A DNA stretch of 64,000 nucleotides from Oligoflexales bacterium (lineage in GTDB: Bacteria; Bdellovibrionota_B; Oligoflexia; Oligoflexales; RGVZ01). Location: contig CANJZQ010000001.1 of assembly GCA_947479535.1 (NCBI GenBank), positions 14,324 to 78,323 on the forward strand, given 5' to 3'. The translations under genes were made by a program, and so were the position numbers. Below the pieces are notes generated by a model. It saw nothing but the letters and a program-made list of their open reading frames with translations, searched no databases and had not been told where the DNA came from. Positions within the stretch are counted from its first letter, which is position 1; every line of letters begins with the position of its first letter. Positions 57,059 through 64,000 of the stretch are shown piece after piece.

Positions 57059-57706
57059 ATGATGGCCACTGATTCGAGTCAGACCGGAGCTTTATGGGAC
57101 GATCTTTTTAGAAATCAAGTAAACGTGTACGGCACAGAGCCAAATGATTTTGTGCGCCTGACTGCTGGTCTGCTAAAACCCGGGTCTCGGATTCTTTGCC
57201 TCGGTGAGGGTGAAGGCCGCAATGCATTGCACTTGCTGCGGCTGGGACATCAAGTCACCTGCGTGGATGCCTCTATGGTTGCGCGGGACCGTGCTTTGGC
57301 GTCGTTTGCCCGAGAAAATTTTTCAGCCGAATACCTTTTGATGGACCTGAGCCAAACGCTCCCTTCAGGAACTTGGGATGCGGTTGTGTCGGTATGGTGT
57401 CACCTTCCCACGACATTGCGGCGCGAAGTTCATGCAAAGCTTTCGATTTGGCTTTCTGAGGGAGGGATTTACGTGGCGGAAGGCTACACGCCGGATCAAC
57501 TACGTTTTGCGACGGGTGGTCCATCAGATATTGATCTCTTGTATGACCCCAATCAAATTCGGCAAGAGATTCCGCTGCACCTTGAAGTCTTTCAGAAGAC
57601 TGAAAGGTTTGTCAGTGAAGGTCAAAGGCATCAAGGGATGAGCGCGACACTTCAAATCATTGGCAGGCAAAATAAAAGTAAAGATAAAGCCAGAAGCAAT
57701 AAGTGA
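57059..57706 (+). CDS. Class I SAM-dependent methyltransferase
   Basis: Motif I ILCLGEGEGRNALHL and the post-I acidic residue in VTCVDAS. Size is about 215 aa. Confidence 0.7.
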   Translation: MMATDSSQTGALWDDLFRNQVNVYGTEPNDFVRLTAGLLKPGSRILCLGEGEGRNALHLLRLGHQVTCVDASMVARDRALASFARENFSAEYLLMDLSQTLPSGTWDAVVSVWCHLPTTLRREVHAKLSIWLSEGGIYVAEGYTPDQLRFATGGPSDIDLLYDPNQIRQEIPLHLEVFQKTERFVSEGQRHQGMSATLQIIGRQNKSKDKARSNK

Positions 57707-57734
57707 CTTTTTTCTGGGGATCCATTTCCTGGTT

Positions 57735-57771
57735 CCCCAGTCATCCGTTGCTGTGCTCAGGATGACTGGGG
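57735..57771. terminator. Perfect 12-bp hairpin between convergent genes (candidate bidirectional terminator)
   Basis: CCCCAGTCATCC (57735-57746) pairs perfectly with GGATGACTGGGG (57760-57771) across a 13-nt loop. The flanks are only moderately T-rich. Confidence 0.45.
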
Positions 57772-57785
57772 GCTCGGGTTTCCGT

Positions 57786-58859
57786 TTAGTTCGGGAAAAT
57801 TGTGCTTGGGTCAGCGGTGAAGCTGACGGCATTGCTGGCAAATGGATGATCGGCTGTGCCGCCAGAACTGACGTCGTTGCAGCTCCAGTCAAACGTTGTT
57901 GTCATAGCGCTGCCGGGCGATGGTGTGCCTGAATGATCTTCGGTTGTCGTTGCATCTGCCACGCCAATTTCTCCGTCCATCCCAGTGCCGTCTTTGTTGG
58001 TCCCGCTAGTCGCTTCTTCTGTTCCTTGAGCCGGACGGTAGCCATTGATGGTACCGCCGATGGTGCCGTCGAAATTGGTCCGGACACATTTAAATGCGGT
58101 CGCATCGTCTCTTCCGGCGCGGATTTCGATCGACTGGGCGGTGATGGCTTTGGTCTCCGTATTGTAGCTCACCCGGCCATAGTGTGCGTTGTCGCCACCA
58201 GATTGTGAATCTGAAGAGCCAGCAACGGCACCGAGGAACGCGGTTGCAAACTTGGCACCGTAGACTTTAACCGTTTGGGTTGTTCCGGTGCGGTCCCACT
58301 GTGCATAGCGAAGGCGCTTCATGCTGTCTTTGGCCATTGGATTGGAGCCTTGGATGACGTAGCCTTTCGAAGAGTCCTGACTGCCTGCCCACCAGAGCGT
58401 CATAAAAGTCGTCGCATCGCTGCTAATGGTGGCCTTGGCGAGGTATCCGGCGGTCACAGCCCAGGCCTCGGTGGGAGCAGAAATCGTGACCTCGATCGTT
58501 GATCCGCGAGGATCAGTTTTGGAGATCGTCTGGGGGAGATTGCTCAGGTCTGGGTCGACTCCCATGATTTTGCTGAGGCGACAGAAAATCATTTCGATGT
58601 CTGCCGTTTCAATCTTGTTGAAGCGGTAAAGTTCGGCGTGGAGGTGATCGAGAACAGCGTTTGTATAGTCGCCTCTCTGGGGAGCGGCCGAAATTACAGC
58701 CTCAAACGCAGTGTGGCATTCGTCGCTTGGCTTGGCACTTGCGCCAGTTGATGGCGGCGCAGATGGCGCTGATTGCGCGAGGGCGCTCGTTGAAACAGCA
58801 GCGTCAGTTAGAGTCAGTGACAATCCCATAAGACCAGATAACAGAAGGCCTGTTCTCAT
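57786..58859 (-). CDS. Secreted hypothetical protein (357 aa)
   Basis: Signal peptide (LLLSGLMGLSLTLTDAAVSTSALA) followed by a Ser/Pro/Ala linker. Thr/Gly-rich. No family recognised. Confidence 0.5.
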   Translation of the reverse strand: MRTGLLLSGLMGLSLTLTDAAVSTSALAQSAPSAPPSTGASAKPSDECHTAFEAVISAAPQRGDYTNAVLDHLHAELYRFNKIETADIEMIFCRLSKIMGVDPDLSNLPQTISKTDPRGSTIEVTISAPTEAWAVTAGYLAKATISSDATTFMTLWWAGSQDSSKGYVIQGSNPMAKDSMKRLRYAQWDRTGTTQTVKVYGAKFATAFLGAVAGSSDSQSGGDNAHYGRVSYNTETKAITAQSIEIRAGRDDATAFKCVRTNFDGTIGGTINGYRPAQGTEEATSGTNKDGTGMDGEIGVADATTTEDHSGTPSPGSAMTTTFDWSCNDVSSGGTADHPFASNAVSFTADPSTIFPN

Positions 58860-58860
58860 T

Positions 58861-59028
58861 TAAGTACTCCGGTTTTTTAAAAGATGAATGTTACTTGACG
58901 CTCGACGAGATCGTTGAAGGAAGTGAAGAGGTGATCGTGTCTGACGATGACTTGCTTCCACAACGAGCTACACAAAGTGCGAGGACCGCAATGCAGGTCA
59001 GGCTGAAAATCATTCTTTTGTTCTTCAT
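58861..59028 (-). CDS. Candidate small lipoprotein-like ORF (55 aa), below the ORF-track size cutoff
   Basis: My translation: MKNKRMIFSLTCIAVLALCVARCGSKSSSDTITSSLLQRSRRASSNIHLLKNRST. The TAA stop lies 1 nt before the ATG of gene 57786..58859. Weak AAGGA RBS. Confidence 0.35.
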
Positions 59029-59198
59029 CAAATGAATCCTTGCGTTGGAATTTAAGTCTGGGGTTACTCCGTTATTTTACGGGAATCAAACATGCATAGA
59101 CAATGAGGCCGATAGGATCAGAAAGATCTGATGCCATGAAACCGTTGATGGCCAGCGGTGTCAAAAAAATGCCGGTGAATTTTATTTCAAGGTTGGTG

Positions 59199-59873
59199 TT
59201 AAATCGAAAATCCAAAGTAAACGCGCAATAACCTTGCTGAGGCTTCGGGCTTTAAATCATCATCGGCTGTTTTCTTTGTGATAATACCATCTTCAGTCTT
59301 CGTGATTTTGGCTGAGGACGCATAGACAGGCCAATAAATACCTACCCAGTCGCATCCGACGTTGAATGCGCTCCACTGCCATTGATTGCCAATAGAAAAT
59401 CCGGGACCAATGTCCCAGTAAGCAATGTCATAGTGGGCTTCTTTTCCTGTGAAGGTTGATGTCAGGACGTCAAGAAATTCATTGCGCCCTGAGGTTTGAC
59501 GGTGAAGCACACCAATGTTGGTGTAAAGGGTTGGACTCCAAAAGTTTTTCGAGCGGATCGCGCGTGCCCTGGACGTTCCAAAAAAGAAGGTGTCAGACTT
59601 CTCGTAATACGCCTCAATCAACCAATCCGGGTTGATGTGATATCCAGCCGAAGCAAACATTGCGATGCCATTGACGAACCCGACTCCTGTGTTGGCAGCA
59701 ATCACGCGTCCATTCCGGTTCGATTGGATGGTGGAATTCCGCGAGGCATTTGCAGCAGGTTCTGCTGCACGCGCCTGTGTCGGCAGGAAGCTTCCGAAAA
59801 AGATCGTAGCCATAATTGTGGCCATCGTCGGAGCCTTGAATCTTAGGTTCGTAAACTTTTTGGTTAAATTCAT
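59199..59873 (-). CDS. Secreted OMP-like hypothetical protein
   Basis: GGAG RBS before ATG 59873. Signal peptide ...FLPTQARA. Aromatic/Gly-rich beta-strand pattern; the C-terminus reads YFGFSI. Confidence 0.5.
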   Translation of the reverse strand: MNLTKKFTNLRFKAPTMATIMATIFFGSFLPTQARAAEPAANASRNSTIQSNRNGRVIAANTGVGFVNGIAMFASAGYHINPDWLIEAYYEKSDTFFFGTSRARAIRSKNFWSPTLYTNIGVLHRQTSGRNEFLDVLTSTFTGKEAHYDIAYWDIGPGFSIGNQWQWSAFNVGCDWVGIYWPVYASSAKITKTEDGIITKKTADDDLKPEASARLLRVYFGFSI

Positions 59874-59965
59874 TGGTGCTCCGGCCTGTTGAACGTCGCT
59901 TGTTGCAATTCTTGGTCTCATGTTTGCTTTGATGTCGCAAGGTTGAATCGGCTGGAGAAGCCGGT

Positions 59966-60988
59966 ATGTCCTGCGGGGGAATAGACATGAGGTTGGATGG
60001 TTGGGTCGCGCTGTTTTTATGGGCGAACGGACTTACCGGATTCGCATCCTCGAATTTAGTGCTGATCAAAGGCGGCCGTTTCGAGATGGGATGCAGACAC
60101 TGCAATCTTGAAGATGCCCTACCGCTGCATCAGGTGGAACTAAGCTCCTTTTGGATGGATCAGACTCCGGTTACGAATGCTCAATTCGGCGCTTTCGTCC
60201 GGCGTTCAAAATATTTGACCATGGCCCAGACGAAACCAAATCCAGCGGATTATCCCTCGGTACAACCTGAGTATCTTGTGGCCGGGTCTGCGGTTTTCTC
60301 CCCGCCTGGGTCTGCGGTGTCGCTGAATCACGCTCTGGCTTGGTGGAGATATGTTGAAGGTGCGAGTTGGCGTCACCCTGAAGGGCCTGCGACGAATATT
60401 GGTGGTCGTCTGGATCATCCGGCCGTTCATATCGCCTTCCCCGACGCTCAAGCGTATTGCGAAGAAACTGGCATGCGACTGCCGACGGAGGCTGAATTTG
60501 AGTACGCAGCACGCGGGGGCCTTGATGGAAAAAAATACGCGTGGGGTGATGAGCTTAAACCACGGGGAAAATGGGCTGCGAACATCTGGCAAGGGGAATT
60601 CCCCAGGAAGAATCTTGCCGAGGATGGCTATTCCGGAACGTCACCGGTGAGGGCGTTTCCATCGAATGGGTACGGACTTTACGACATGGGCGGTAACGTC
60701 TGGCAATGGACTTCTGATTGGTATCGGCCAGACACCTATCGGTTGGATGCGACCGCTGGCATCGTGCGCAATCCGCGGGGGCCGTCCACGAGCCATGACC
60801 CTTTCGATCCAGGGTCTTTGAAGCGAGTTCAGCGTGGAGGTTCCTTCCTTTGTAGCGACCATTATTGCACTCGTTATCTGGTTGGGTCACGGGGCAAGGG
60901 CGGCATAGACAGCGCTGGGTCCAATACCGGTTTTCGTTGTGTCAAAGATTTCAAATCGGATTCAGGTTCCAAATCAGGGAGGCATTGA
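59966..60988 (+). CDS. Formylglycine-generating enzyme (FGE/SUMF1 family)
   Basis: GNVWQWTSDWY, RVQRGGSFLCSDHYCTRY and RLPTEAEFEYAARGG. ATG 59987 is a possible alternative start. Confidence 0.85.
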   Translation: MSCGGIDMRLDGWVALFLWANGLTGFASSNLVLIKGGRFEMGCRHCNLEDALPLHQVELSSFWMDQTPVTNAQFGAFVRRSKYLTMAQTKPNPADYPSVQPEYLVAGSAVFSPPGSAVSLNHALAWWRYVEGASWRHPEGPATNIGGRLDHPAVHIAFPDAQAYCEETGMRLPTEAEFEYAARGGLDGKKYAWGDELKPRGKWAANIWQGEFPRKNLAEDGYSGTSPVRAFPSNGYGLYDMGGNVWQWTSDWYRPDTYRLDATAGIVRNPRGPSTSHDPFDPGSLKRVQRGGSFLCSDHYCTRYLVGSRGKGGIDSAGSNTGFRCVKDFKSDSGSKSGRH

Positions 60989-63219
60989 TGATTTCAAGAA
61001 AAATGCGCCTCATATCAGCCGGATCTTTGATTTCAGTTATTTCGCTCGCGGTTGCCGGATTGGCTTCACGCCCGGTTCGGGTGAAACCGCCGAATGTGCT
61101 GATTTTCTTGCTCGATGACGTCGGATTTGGCCATATCGGAGCTTTTGGCGGCCCGGTGAATACACCAAACATTGATCGCGTGGCAAAGATGGGCCTTCGT
61201 TTCAATAATTTTCACACAACATCCCTGTGTTCGCCGACACGGGCGGCCTTGCTCACCGGGCGAAACCATCACTCAGTCGGTAACGGAGTGATCACCGAAA
61301 TCGCCACCAGCGATCCTGGCTATACGAGTCATATTCCGAAAAACAAATTTCCAATTGTCGAGGTTCTGCGAAACAGCGGCTATTCCACCGCTGCCTTTGG
61401 CAAGTGGCATAACACGCCCTTGGATCAGTTGAAGGGACCGCGAGCCGGACATGACCAGTGGCCGACCGACATTGGATTTGAACACTTCTACGGATTCATG
61501 GCTGGGGACGTGAGCCAGTGGGAACCAACCCTTTGGGACGACACAACCCCCATTGAGTCGCATGTGAAAAATACAAATTATCACTTTTCAGTGGATATGG
61601 CTGATCAGGCGGTCCGGTGGTTGGGCGTGCAGCGGGAGGCAAATCAAGAGAAGCCATTTTTCCTTTATTTTGCAACTGGGGCTGCTCATGCGCCTCCTGA
61701 GTACATCGCTAAATACAAGGGTCGGTTTGATCACGGCTGGGACAGGGTTCGTGAAGAAACCCTCGAGCGCCAAAAAGCATTGGGGGTAGCCCCTCCGTCA
61801 ACGCAGCTGAGCGAACGACCAAAAGAAATTGCAAAATGGGACAGCTTGAGCTCAGAAGAAAAGCGCCTTTATTCTAGGATGCAGGAAACGTTTGCCGGCT
61901 ATTTGGAGCATGCTGATGCTCAATTTGGCCGGGTTCTCACAGAGATTGAGCGTGCAGGAGATTTGGCGAACACGATCATTTTAATTACGTCGGATAATGG
62001 GGCGAGTGGTGAAGGCGGCTTGCATGGCAGCATCAACGAAAGTTTTATCTTCAATGGCATGGCGGATGATCTTGATTGGAATCTAGCCCATATCGACGAG
62101 ATCGGAACCAAAACGACTTATAATCATTACCCGGCCGGGTGGGCGTTGGCGGGTAACACGCCATTTCGATATTGGAAACAGACGACCCATGAAGGTGGTG
62201 TCCACGATCCTATGATTCTTGCCTGGCCAAATCGGTTCAAGGAGCCAGGTGGGGTTCGAAGTCAATTCACACATGTGACAGATGTTGCGCCAACTTTGCT
62301 CGAACTGACTGGCGTGAAAATGCCGGAGGCGGTTCGGGGTGTTCTTCAGGCACCGATTGAGGGTACGAGTTTCGTCCGATCGATAAATGATGGAAGCGCG
62401 TTGGTTGAAAAAAAGATTCAGTATTTCGAAATGCTCGGCAACAGGGCTGTTTGGGTCGACGGATGGAAGGCAACCGCATTTCACGGGCGAATGCCTTGGA
62501 ACACTGTGACCTCGAATCTTGATTTTCAGAGCGACAAGTGGGAACTTTTTAACCTCGCCGAAGATTTTTCAGAGGTAAACGATCTTGCTGCGAAATTTCC
62601 CGAAAAACTCGAAGAAATGAAGGTGATTTTTGATCGGGAAGCAAAAAAATATAACGTTTACCCACTGGATGATTCGACGTCCAACCGCATTGCCAGTACC
62701 TACCGCGATCTAGTCGCCGGGGTAACGCAGTTCAAGTACGAGCCGGGCGACATTCGGATTTCCGAAGCGGCATCGCCACCCGTCAAAAATAAATCTCACA
62801 CGGTGACCGCTGACTTAAACGTCCCCGAGGGTGATGCTGACGGCGTTCTCGTGGCTTGCGGTGGCCGGTTTGGCGGCTATTCCCTTTACGTCCAGGGCAG
62901 GCGAGTTCATTACGTGCATAATTTTTTGGGACTGGCACTGTACGGCTTCAGTGCCAGTGAGGAACTCCCTGCAGGCTCTGTCACCGTCCGGTTCGAGTTT
63001 ATCCGGACTGGTGAAAATCAGGGAAAGGGTGCGATCTTCTATGGTGACAAACTGGTGGGAGAGGCAAATATTCCGCGCACGGTGCCCAAGGCTTTTGGCA
63101 TCGCGGATACGTTTGATGTAGGCGAGGATTCTGGTTCTCCCGTTACGGATACCTACGAATCACCATTTGTTTATCAAGGGAATCTGAAATCCCTGCGGGT
63201 GGATCTGATCGATAAGTGA
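60988..63219 (+). CDS. Arylsulfatase (type I, formylglycine-dependent)
   Basis: ATG 60988 overlaps the FGE stop (TGATG). Signal peptide. LLDDVGFG and the sulfatase motif CSPTRAALLTGRNHH. Confidence 0.9.
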   Translation: MISRKMRLISAGSLISVISLAVAGLASRPVRVKPPNVLIFLLDDVGFGHIGAFGGPVNTPNIDRVAKMGLRFNNFHTTSLCSPTRAALLTGRNHHSVGNGVITEIATSDPGYTSHIPKNKFPIVEVLRNSGYSTAAFGKWHNTPLDQLKGPRAGHDQWPTDIGFEHFYGFMAGDVSQWEPTLWDDTTPIESHVKNTNYHFSVDMADQAVRWLGVQREANQEKPFFLYFATGAAHAPPEYIAKYKGRFDHGWDRVREETLERQKALGVAPPSTQLSERPKEIAKWDSLSSEEKRLYSRMQETFAGYLEHADAQFGRVLTEIERAGDLANTIILITSDNGASGEGGLHGSINESFIFNGMADDLDWNLAHIDEIGTKTTYNHYPAGWALAGNTPFRYWKQTTHEGGVHDPMILAWPNRFKEPGGVRSQFTHVTDVAPTLLELTGVKMPEAVRGVLQAPIEGTSFVRSINDGSALVEKKIQYFEMLGNRAVWVDGWKATAFHGRMPWNTVTSNLDFQSDKWELFNLAEDFSEVNDLAAKFPEKLEEMKVIFDREAKKYNVYPLDDSTSNRIASTYRDLVAGVTQFKYEPGDIRISEAASPPVKNKSHTVTADLNVPEGDADGVLVACGGRFGGYSLYVQGRRVHYVHNFLGLALYGFSASEELPAGSVTVRFEFIRTGENQGKGAIFYGDKLVGEANIPRTVPKAFGIADTFDVGEDSGSPVTDTYESPFVYQGNLKSLRVDLIDK

Positions 63220-63252
63220 TCGGGGAGTGATCGGGCATGCAAGGATTCGGAG

Positions 63253-63342
63253 TGGCGGAGAGAGTGGGATTCGAACCCACGATACGCGTTAACGTATACT
63301 AGATTTCGAGTCTAGCGCCTTCAGCCACTCGGCCATCTCTCC
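63253..63342 (-). tRNA. tRNA-Ser (anticodon CGA), CCA encoded
   Basis: The reverse complement folds as a cloverleaf: acceptor GGAGAGA/TCTCTCC, anticodon stem CTAGA/TCTAG with loop CTCGAAA, a long variable arm (ATACG..CGTAT), T-arm GTGGG TTCGAAT CCCAC, then GCCA. Confidence 0.9.
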
Positions 63343-63805
63343 TTTGGCGCCGTCGGCGAAAAAACTTTTGCAGCATTTCGCGACTTTCCGATTCCAGAAC
63401 CCCGTGACTTACCAAAAAACGGTGGTTAAGGCGAGCGTCTTCGTGGATCCGGTAGAGGCTTCCACAGGCTCCCGCCTTGGCATCCATTGCGCCGAAAATA
63501 ACCTCATCGACGCGGGATTGATAAATGGCACCTGCGCACATCAGGCATGGCTCGAGGGTCACGTATAGGGTGCAGCCCGAGAGGCGCCATGCTCCCAATG
63601 CGTCGGAGGCCTCTTCCATGGCCACAATTTCAGCGTGGCGGGTCGCTTGCCCTTCGATCTCCCTGCGGTTGTAGCCCCGGCCGATGATCTCGCCGTCCTT
63701 CACCACGACGGCCCCGACGGGAACTTCGCCGATGGTTGCTGCGAATTCTGCCAGCCTCAGAGCCTCAGTCATGTATGTCGTGTGAGTCATCATTGCGGTG
63801 GTCAT
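63299..63805 (-). CDS. tadA: tRNA-specific adenosine deaminase TadA
   Basis: HAEIVAMEEA and LYVTLEPCLMCAGAI. The last 15 codons lie inside the tRNA-Ser gene. ATG 63772 (MTEALRLAE) is an alternative start. Confidence 0.85.
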   Translation of the reverse strand: MTTAMMTHTTYMTEALRLAEFAATIGEVPVGAVVVKDGEIIGRGYNRREIEGQATRHAEIVAMEEASDALGAWRLSGCTLYVTLEPCLMCAGAIYQSRVDEVIFGAMDAKAGACGSLYRIHEDARLNHRFLVSHGVLESESREMLQKFFRRRRQRRDGRVAEGARLEI

Positions 63806-64000
63806 TTAAGTCCTCAGTTCCCGTGAAACCATTGGCTGGCGCGGGTTCTAGCACGGGCAACGCATTGTGGCGAGCGATGTTCCCAAGGCGCCTCAGGCCG
63901 AGGTGGCCCATGAGCTCTTCCGGGGTTTTTCCCAGGGCTAGCTGGTGGCGGATTGCATGGTGGCGGAGCAGCTCCGAGTTCAGGGCTGAAACACCAATTT
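63765..64000 (-). CDS. 3' end of an unidentified gene (5' part outside the window)
   Basis: My translation of one minus-strand frame is open from the window edge: ...IGVSALNSELLRHHAIRHQLALGKTPEELMGHLGLRRLGNIARHNALPVLEPAPANGF... The stop TGA at 63765-63767 overlaps the tadA 5' region. No family recognised. Confidence 0.3.
   Translation of the reverse strand, partial: IGVSALNSELLRHHAIRHQLALGKTPEELMGHLGLRRLGNIARHNALPVLEPAPANGFTGTEDLNDHRNDDSHDIHD

Noticed and set aside
63220-64000. tRNA-Ser as a possible integration site of a genomic island
   Set aside because: No integrase, no direct repeat of the tRNA 3' end and no compositional break are visible within the window. The neighbours are tadA and a sulfatase operon. 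The region beyond 64000 cannot be assessed.
1-64000. Scan for CRISPR arrays, IS elements/transposases, rRNA genes and toxin-antitoxin or known defence-system genes
   Set aside because: No regularly spaced direct repeats, no transposase or integrase motifs and no rRNA-like sequence were recognised by eye. This is a visual scan only; a dedicated repeat finder could still detect short dispersed repeats.

Overview
Densely coding 64-kb chromosomal window from a Gram-negative (diderm) bacterium with moderate GC. It holds about 60 genes on both strands and one tRNA-Ser(CGA). I saw no rRNA, CRISPR array, IS element, integrase or prophage block. All protein calls rest on motif recognition by eye in the supplied translations; no database search was possible and the taxon is not identified. 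The many lipoproteins and OMP-like proteins, the bactofilin and the glycosylation genes are compatible with a Bdellovibrio-like or deltaproteobacteria-like lineage, but this is a guess. Housekeeping content: ribD (5' partial), dCMP deaminase, a His-rich CDF metal exporter, a GDPD plus lysophospholipase pair, hflX, asnS, rplM-rpsI, sucB-lpdA-sucA, ggt and tadA. Accessory content worth a second look: (1) a chemosensory module with no cheY (cheR-cheB-mcp-cheW divergent from cheA), with a degenerate CheB receiver, a REC-like N-terminus and two CheW-like domains on CheA, and a soluble triple-PAS MCP. (2) A translationally coupled GT4 / GtrB-Dpm1-like GT2 / TMTC-like GT-C+TPR operon. (3) An ArnT/PMT-like GT-C enzyme coupled by an ATGA overlap to a membrane-anchored PHP phosphoesterase. 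(4) A SulP-DabA-DabB inorganic-carbon locus. (5) A double-length phenylalanine-hydroxylase-like protein. (6) A fusion of a degenerate DnaQ-like exonuclease with a GIY-YIG nuclease. Several secreted, lipoprotein and OMP-like proteins have no recognisable family.
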